NCBI GenBank assembly: GCA_026025075.1
Contig: JAPEUI010000138.1
Coordinates: 1-39,691, forward strand
Reading direction: 5' to 3'
Origin: Vezdaea acicularis
Taxonomy: Eukaryota
Length of the DNA stretch: 39,691 bases
Shown here: one piece after another, positions 33,594-39,691 of the stretch
Layout of the letters: every line of letters begins with the position of its first letter
Numbering within the stretch: position 1 is the first letter of the stretch
Program-made: the position numbers and the translations under genes
Notes under the pieces: generated by a model
The model's database searches: none
Told to the model about the DNA's origin: nothing
Seen by the model: the letters and a program-made list of their open reading frames with translations, nothing else

Positions 33594-35381
33594 ATGCCTA
33601 GTTTGGTTGAGCCCGCCTGCGGAAAGCGGAAAGCCTCCTCTGTCGTTGATAGTGAGTCAAAGCGGGCCCGAGTCTCGACGAAAATTTTAGAAGAAAGTGA
33701 GTGTAGAAAGTAGCCCCTTCCCTGGAAGATAGTGACAAATAACCTTTGAAAGATCAAATCTCCGACTACGATGGCTCGTCTTCTGAGTCTGATAATTCTG
33801 ATTCTGAATTTAACACGCGAGCTCCTGTCTCAACGCCAGCGTCCTCGACCCGAAAGTTTCCTTCGGAGCTGAAAACCATTCGTTGCCCTTTCGATGGATG
33901 TGGTAAATCATTCAATCGGCCAGCACGTCTGACGTCCCACGTGCGCTCACACAACAATGAGCGTTTATTCGCGTGCCACGAGCAGGGTTGTCAAAAAACG
34001 TTCTTACGGGCTGATCACCTAAGGCATCATGTGAAGAGTGCGCATACTTCTATTCGGGACTACGTATGTGGGCGGGAGGATTGTGGCAAGAAGTTTGTGA
34101 CAGCTACTAGATTGCGTCGTCATGAGGAGGCTCATGAAGGTCGAGATAAATACAGAGTACGATGCCTTCTAACATCATAACAAGTATGAATCTGACCAAG
34201 ACCCAAAGTGTACAGACTATTCTCCCTGTAGTCAAACTTTTCGAAAACATGACACCCTAAAAAAACACATCACCACCGTACACCTACAGCAAAAACCTTT
34301 TATTTGTAAAGCAACTGACCCTACCACCCAACTCTCATGTCAGCAGACCTTCATTAGCATGAGCCGACTACGATCCCATGAGAGGCGATTGCATGCTGGC
34401 CTACGGTACTGGTGTACTGAATGCCAACCCGCCGCCATAGCAGCGGCGAATGGTGATGACACCGATGACCGGCAAGGCGTTGGCTTTGCGACGTACTCGG
34501 AATTCCAGGCTCATACGATAGCTGTGCACCCTCCAGTATGCAGCCAGTGCTCCCGAGCCTTTGAAAGTAGGCATGCACTTAAAGCCCATGTTACTGCCGC
34601 ACACAGCGAAGTCCCTCTCATAGAGCGTAAAAAGGTTGTTTGCGATCACCCTGGCTGTGGGCGTGGCTTCACAAAACAGGCAAATCTCAAAGTTCATCAG
34701 CGGACAATCCATGACGGAGAAAGGGCAGCAATCTGCGGTGGCACAGACCTTACTGGCCTTGATTTTGAGAATTGGGGAGCAGAGAACGCCTGTGGACGTG
34801 CATTCAAGAATAAGGGCACACTAGAGGAACATGTGAGGACACAACATTTGGGTCTAGGGAGCAAATATCATATCAGAAAGACAGCCCCTAGAGAGAAGGA
34901 AGAAGGTGTTGCGAAGAAGGAACGAAAAGCTTTGAAAGCTATATTAGCTTTGACAGGCGAGGGATATGCGCAAGGGCGGGATATTGAGTGCACAGAACCC
35001 GGGTGTGCATTCAGATTTATACGGAACTATGACCTTTCCGTCCATCTGGCCTCGAAACACGGCAAGAACGACATCGAGGTGCAGGAGGCGATGATGGAGA
35101 GGAACGCACTGAGTGGCGGCAAATTTTGGAATAGCTGGGTATCCGAGGAAGAAATTGAAGATGAGCAGACGAATGATGAGGTTGAGAGACAGATGATAGA
35201 GAATCTGGACTATGGTGATGTTGATAAGGAATGTGCGGCTTTCTGGACTTCTGATGAAAGGATGATCGACCAAAGTCTTTACGAGAACCACATAAATCTC
35301 GATTTGACGGAGACAATACCTTCGGAGGTCGAGTCTGACGCCACAGGATTGGTTGATCCCCTATTAAGGGAGGCAATATAG
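33594..35381 (+). CDS. PZF1: TFIIIA-like multi-C2H2 zinc-finger protein (5S rRNA gene transcription factor); exons 33594-33696, 33753-34156, 34209-35381
   Basis: About ten C2H2 fingers, starting CPFDGCGKSFNRPARLTSHVRSH, CHEQGCQKTFLRADHLRHHVKSAH, CGREDCGKKFVTATRLRRHEEAH and CTDYSPCSQTFRKHDTLKKHITTVH. The finger pattern is typical of fungal TFIIIA. Acidic C-terminus. Confidence 0.8.
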
Positions 35382-36260
35382 AACTACAACAGATATACTA
35401 GCGGTTAGGCATCGCACGGTTACCATATCATATCCCAACAGGACAACGAGTGCCAAAGTCGTTGTAACCTGCCGAAAGAACTTGTGACCAAATCAAGGAA
35501 TCCAGCCCATAAGCTCCTTTCTTATGAAAGCAAAAAATATCTAGAAGCACTTGATAGTCTTGCAGCTTCGACTAGGAACATACTTGAGACCAACCATGTT
35601 GGTCAAGAAATGAAGTCGATACTTTGCTTGGTTTGCAGCAATATGTTAAGCACGTACTCTCTAGTTCTGAACCTAGATTCCCAAGGCCCTTGGAGTCCCT
35701 AGCCACTTCCTGGTTATGAAAGAGCCATATTGATACGGTCCAGTCTGTAGGCGAAGTTGACTGCCTCCCACGGCGAAAAGAACTTCATCTTGAGTGCGAT
35801 CCCTCACGCCTCTGGACACAGCGTCCATGATCGTGCAGCCAACTTAATTTTTAATCTAGTAGCCAACCTAACGATCTCCATTATTGGCGAGATCCAAGTT
35901 GTTCAACCTCGACAAGGGGGAAAAGTCGGACTTCAGACAGTAATAGCAGCGTAAATGGCTTCTCCGATTACTGATATGAGATGCAGCACTAGAGCTCTTG
36001 GGGATTTGGCCGCTTTCCCGTTCAGGCCTCTCGCAGATATGATTGGCCTGTTTCCGTTTGCAGGCTACTCCACACACGACTTTTGGGCGTTGATGATTTG
36101 ATAATCGCCGTTTGCGTTTCGTAATTTATGCAGAACACATTGCCGAGGCTCGACCACTACTCACTTCTGTTCTTACGGAAAGCTTATAGGACAGGCCCAT
36201 ATGTAGTGTTGCAATCTCTATGAAAGTGTTGCGAAAAACGTTGAAAGTTAATGTTCAATA

Positions 36261-37293
36261 ATGGACTTACTCGAGGAATCTACTCGAGCCTTACTGCGTG
36301 GCCTTTCTAAGTAAATTCCTATAGTAGAGTAAAAGACCCAGCCGTCTGGCTAACTATTCACTAGGGCAGGGATATCAGCCCTACAAAGCGACGTGACAAT
36401 CGTGTGCAAGGGCCAGAGTTTCTTCGTTCATAGGCTGGTCCTTTGTCTATGGTCTGATGTCTTTCAGGCAATGTTCAGAAGTGGCATGATTGTGAGTCCA
36501 TAGCGGGGGATAGGGAATCAACCACTAGAACTAAGGTAGACCATAGGAGAGTCTATCTAATAGGATAGATCTTAGTAAAGGTCATGATCCGGCCATCATC
36601 AAGCGCATGACTCAATACTTTTACCATCTTGATTATGATGGCGTCTGGAATGACGAGGATGTCTGGTGTAACGAGTCCGATGAAGGGGATGAAGATTCTT
36701 CCTTCGACAGTCGCCCAATACAGACTAAAGAGATGAGAGTAGTGGAGAAAGGGATAGAAGACCCAAATGATCGTAACGTACATGACGATATCCCTGTCGA
36801 TAGTCTTCTGGAGCTGTTTGATAATGATTCTGGTGTGGGAAGCATGAAGGCTAGACGAATGAACTCAATGCCCACCAAAAAGGCCAAGAGGATGGCTAAA
36901 CGTGGGGCGAGAGATGGTGAACCCGAGTTTGCAAACGATTCGAAAGAAGAGCACAAACCATTCTCGAATCACCCATCCTTGCTTGTAAACGCGCGAATGT
37001 GGATGTGTGCAGACAAATACAACATCCCAACGCTTCAAGCATTAGCACTATCAAAGCTCAAAAACCAGCTAACTCAACATTGGAACAGCGTTGAGTTTTC
37101 TCTTTGCATCAGTGACATTTACAAAAGCGCGGCAATCACGGACTGGCCTCTCTGTGATCTGGTGGTAGAAGCGGCAAGGAAGAATATCCGCGCATTGGAG
37201 AACAGGAGAGATTTTCAGGCAATGCAGCTAGAAGAACCAGAGTTTACACGCGAGCTCCTCTGGGCGGTACTCCGAAATCCGCCAACTTCCTGA
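36261..37293 (+). CDS. BTB/POZ-domain protein (fungal-type putative cullin-3 adaptor); 3 exons
   Basis: Spliced MDLLEESTRALLRGLSK|...SDVTIVCKGQSFFVHRLVLCLWSDVFQAMFRSGMI|ESLSNRIDL...DPAIIKRMTQYFYHLDY, followed by LLVNARMWMCADKYNIPTLQALALSKL. Exons 1-2 are missing from the ORF track. Confidence 0.82.
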
Positions 37294-37716
37294 GGAAACT
37301 TGGGGTTACGGATCCAGTGGCTCAGAATATCGGAATAGCCTTCTGGAATACATGAAGACTCCGGCCTGAACCTCTAGGGTCTAGGCTCGAGGAAGATTCT
37401 CCAGCCTAAACCTATCACAGAGAAACACGTCGTTTATGCGAATTGGGGAGAAGCTCACGTACCCTGAAGGATTTACCACACTACATGATATGATACAGAG
37501 ACCGGCCAGTGTTAGCAACCTTGACCAATTCTCATATCTAGAGCTTTCCCACTATTTTTGAATTAGGATACTGGAAAGTCGTTATATATTTGATACATAG
37601 CAACCAGGCAACCTACTTGGGCTGCCACCAATCGTTACGGCTCGAATAATGCAATTGCAAGCGAAGACTTCCCACACTGCCTTCTCCTTGATGCTACGGG
37701 CTAGGACTATGCACTA

Positions 37717-38683
37717 TTATGACAGGTATTTCGCATGATGTTCTACATGATCCTCTGAAAACGTTGATATGAAGAAATAGCTATGATCATAATCCTATCA
37801 CGATGTCAGCATTACCCTACTATCAGCGAAACACTAGCTTACCGGTTGATACCGTACTTTCACACCATTTATTCCCCTCTCCTTCGCTACACGCTCAAAA
37901 TTCTCTGGCAGAAGCTGTTCCTGCTTGTAGAAATTATCCCCGGTCCCGACATCTACTAGAACATCCAGAGTATCGTGTTTGTAAATCCTCAGCAACTCAG
38001 TTGCGTCGTGCGCCGCCCAGGCTTTCTTATCGGGCCCAAGATATCCGCTGAAGGCTTTTTGCCCCCAAGGACATTCCGATGGATTGGCTATTGGAGCGAA
38101 AGCAGACACAGATTTGTACATAGAGGGGTTCTTAAGGAAAATTGTTAGGGCGCCATGTCCGCCCATACTATGGCCCATTATGCTCATGCGGGATTTATCG
38201 AGCTCTTTGCTATAGGCAGAAAATAGGGCGTTGGGGAGTTCGGAAGTTATGTAGCTGTACATCTTATAGCCTTTGCTCCACGGCGCTTGCGTCGCATCAA
38301 TGTAGAAACCCGCGCCTGTGCCAAAGTCCCATGATTCACCTTCGCCTTGGATTTGGAGGCCGCCTGTAGGCATTATTTGTCAGCTAAGGAGGTCTAGAAC
38401 AGCCCTGGGCTATCATGGAAGGCTTACGGGGGCTAGTGTCTGGGTAGACGATAGCAATGCCTTTCTTGCTCGCAGTTGCCTGGAAGAAGCCCTTCTCAGC
38501 GCCATTATCACCGGTGCATGTCAGACCCGCTAGATAGAATAGGACAGGCACTGGCTTAGAGTTCGACTGAGGCGGAAGGTAGAGGTTCAGCGCCATTTCG
38601 CACATAGTGCTTTGGGCCTCATGGGTGAGCTTAACGAATCGGCCGCCAAACGAGGCGATTGTTGCTTTCGTCTTGAAAGACAT
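37717..38683 (-). CDS. S-formylglutathione hydrolase / esterase D (YJL068C-like), formaldehyde detoxification; 3 exons
   Basis: PVLFYLAGLTCT, IVYPDTSPR|G, SWDFGTGAGFY, nucleophile motif GHSMGGHGA, SVSAFAPI, DVGTGDNF, and terminal exon DYDHSYFFISTF. Confidence 0.93.
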
Positions 38684-38953
38684 GACGGTATATGAATATA
38701 ACCTGGAAAAAAGGCAATATCACAAGATGAGGAGATTCAGAGAACCAACTATTGGCCTGAGATTTTTGTATCAAAAACCCGCTGCCAATGGCGCTGCTCT
38801 GTCGGCTATCGTTTATGGGTTGTGCCGTCATCGGCCTCAAAAAGAAGCGAAAGCGGAAATGTTCCGGAAGCCAGGAATATGCCGAGTGTGTACCAAAGTG
38901 CCTAGAATTCGACTACACGCTGTGTTCGCGGTACATATCGATTCATAATGATG

Positions 38954-39691
38954 CTAGTAGAAGCCGGATACGGCCTTAGGAGGCCTCAACTTTGTGTTGG
39001 AGGGTTTTGATACATCTCCTGCGTCGTCCATCGTGTCTTGAGTAGTGAAATTGTTGACATTCTCCTTCTCGTCACTACCATTTATAGCTTTCTCGGCCTT
39101 TTCTCTCCGTCTCTGAGACTTCGATAGCCAATTTTCATCCTCTTCTTCGAGCTCCTTTAGTACTGGAGATTAATTAGCTAGGAACCTATCTACTGCGGAA
39201 TATCTTGCAATTACCTTCTTCCCATTCCTTCTCTTGCTCCTTATCACCAGTACCTAGTAGCCCCGCTACATCAACCTCTTCACCGTTCTGCACTCGCTCA
39301 ATTACCTCCCTTAGAAGACCAATCTTCGCATCCGCCTTCCGGCTAAAGGCCACAAAGTCATTTTTCAGCGCGATGAGTTGTATGGCGTTAGATCCAATGA
39401 GCATGAAAATGACGATGAAGAAGGTCGCTGGGTTCCACTCCTTAGACCCGGGCTTCTTCGGGCCTGAAGAAATAGCATTTGAGTGGCGTAGGAACTTAGG
39501 AACTAAAGAGGTCCATAATGACGAATGAACAACCCGCGGAATGGCGCCGGAAGCTGTGTGTTCGTCTCCCCTACTGGAGGTAGTAAATTGCTTCCATGCG
39601 CAGGACCGCAGGACCCCACGTCCAAGTGGGCGTCGTCGGGTCGGATAGGAAGTATCAAACAAGGTTCGGCGTAGCTGGCCAAAGCTTGTTA
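38954..39691 (-). CDS. Conserved fungal single-TM protein (DUF5321-like, possibly mitochondrial), 5'-truncated by the window edge
   Basis: The frame is open to the window end. WNPATFFIVIFMLIGSNAI TM segment, ADAKIGLLREVIERVQNGEEVDV...GTGD...EWEE|VLKELEEED and end ...SGFY*. The Arg-rich N-terminal part resembles a mitochondrial presequence. Family name is from memory. Confidence 0.7.

Noticed and set aside
35382..36260. Possible dispersed 5S rRNA, tRNA or small gene next to the TFIIIA-like gene
   Set aside because: No 5S- or tRNA-like sequence was recognised on either strand, and the short ORFs have no motifs. An Rfam scan would be needed to exclude an ncRNA.
37700..37730. Cryptic peroxisomal targeting by stop-codon readthrough in S-formylglutathione hydrolase
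   Set aside because: The stop is TAA followed immediately by TAG. None of the 20 genes has the TGA-CTA readthrough context.
1..39691. Transposons, RIP-degraded AT-rich blocks, secondary-metabolite clusters, CRISPR arrays, horizontally acquired bacterial genes
   Set aside because: No transposase, reverse transcriptase, LTR/TIR, PKS/NRPS or repeat-spacer pattern was seen. Composition looks uniform and all complete genes carry spliceosomal introns.

Overview
Eukaryotic, intron-rich, very gene-dense DNA from a filamentous ascomycete (Pezizomycotina-type proteins, mostly 50-100 nt GT-AG introns with CTRAC/CTAAT branch sites). I can reconstruct 20 protein-coding genes in 39.7 kb, two of them cut by the window edges. 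In order: conserved membrane/coiled-coil protein (partial), FYV10/GID9, BMT5-like rRNA methyltransferase, BRE1, BDP1, a SARAF-like ER protein, PBN1/PIG-X, AOS1 (SUMO E1 subunit), an uncharacterised split beta-sandwich protein, an RFX transcription factor, YOP1, ATG101, PEX3, TIF6/eIF6, an uncharacterised AT-hook/low-complexity protein, RAD23, a TFIIIA-like zinc-finger protein, a BTB/POZ protein, S-formylglutathione hydrolase and a DUF5321-like protein (partial). This is core housekeeping chromosome. I found no transposon, tRNA, rRNA, CRISPR array or secondary-metabolite cluster, and no clearly novel multi-gene system. The best second-look items are: 11 consecutive genes in strictly alternating orientation, a 381-nt AOS1 intron with a perfect hairpin, a 9-nt YOP1 micro-exon, an X-box-like site upstream of the RFX gene, the ATG101/PEX3 head-to-head pair, and two uncharacterised proteins with suggestive architecture. 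Exon boundaries were read by eye and gene names come from motif recognition, not database searches.
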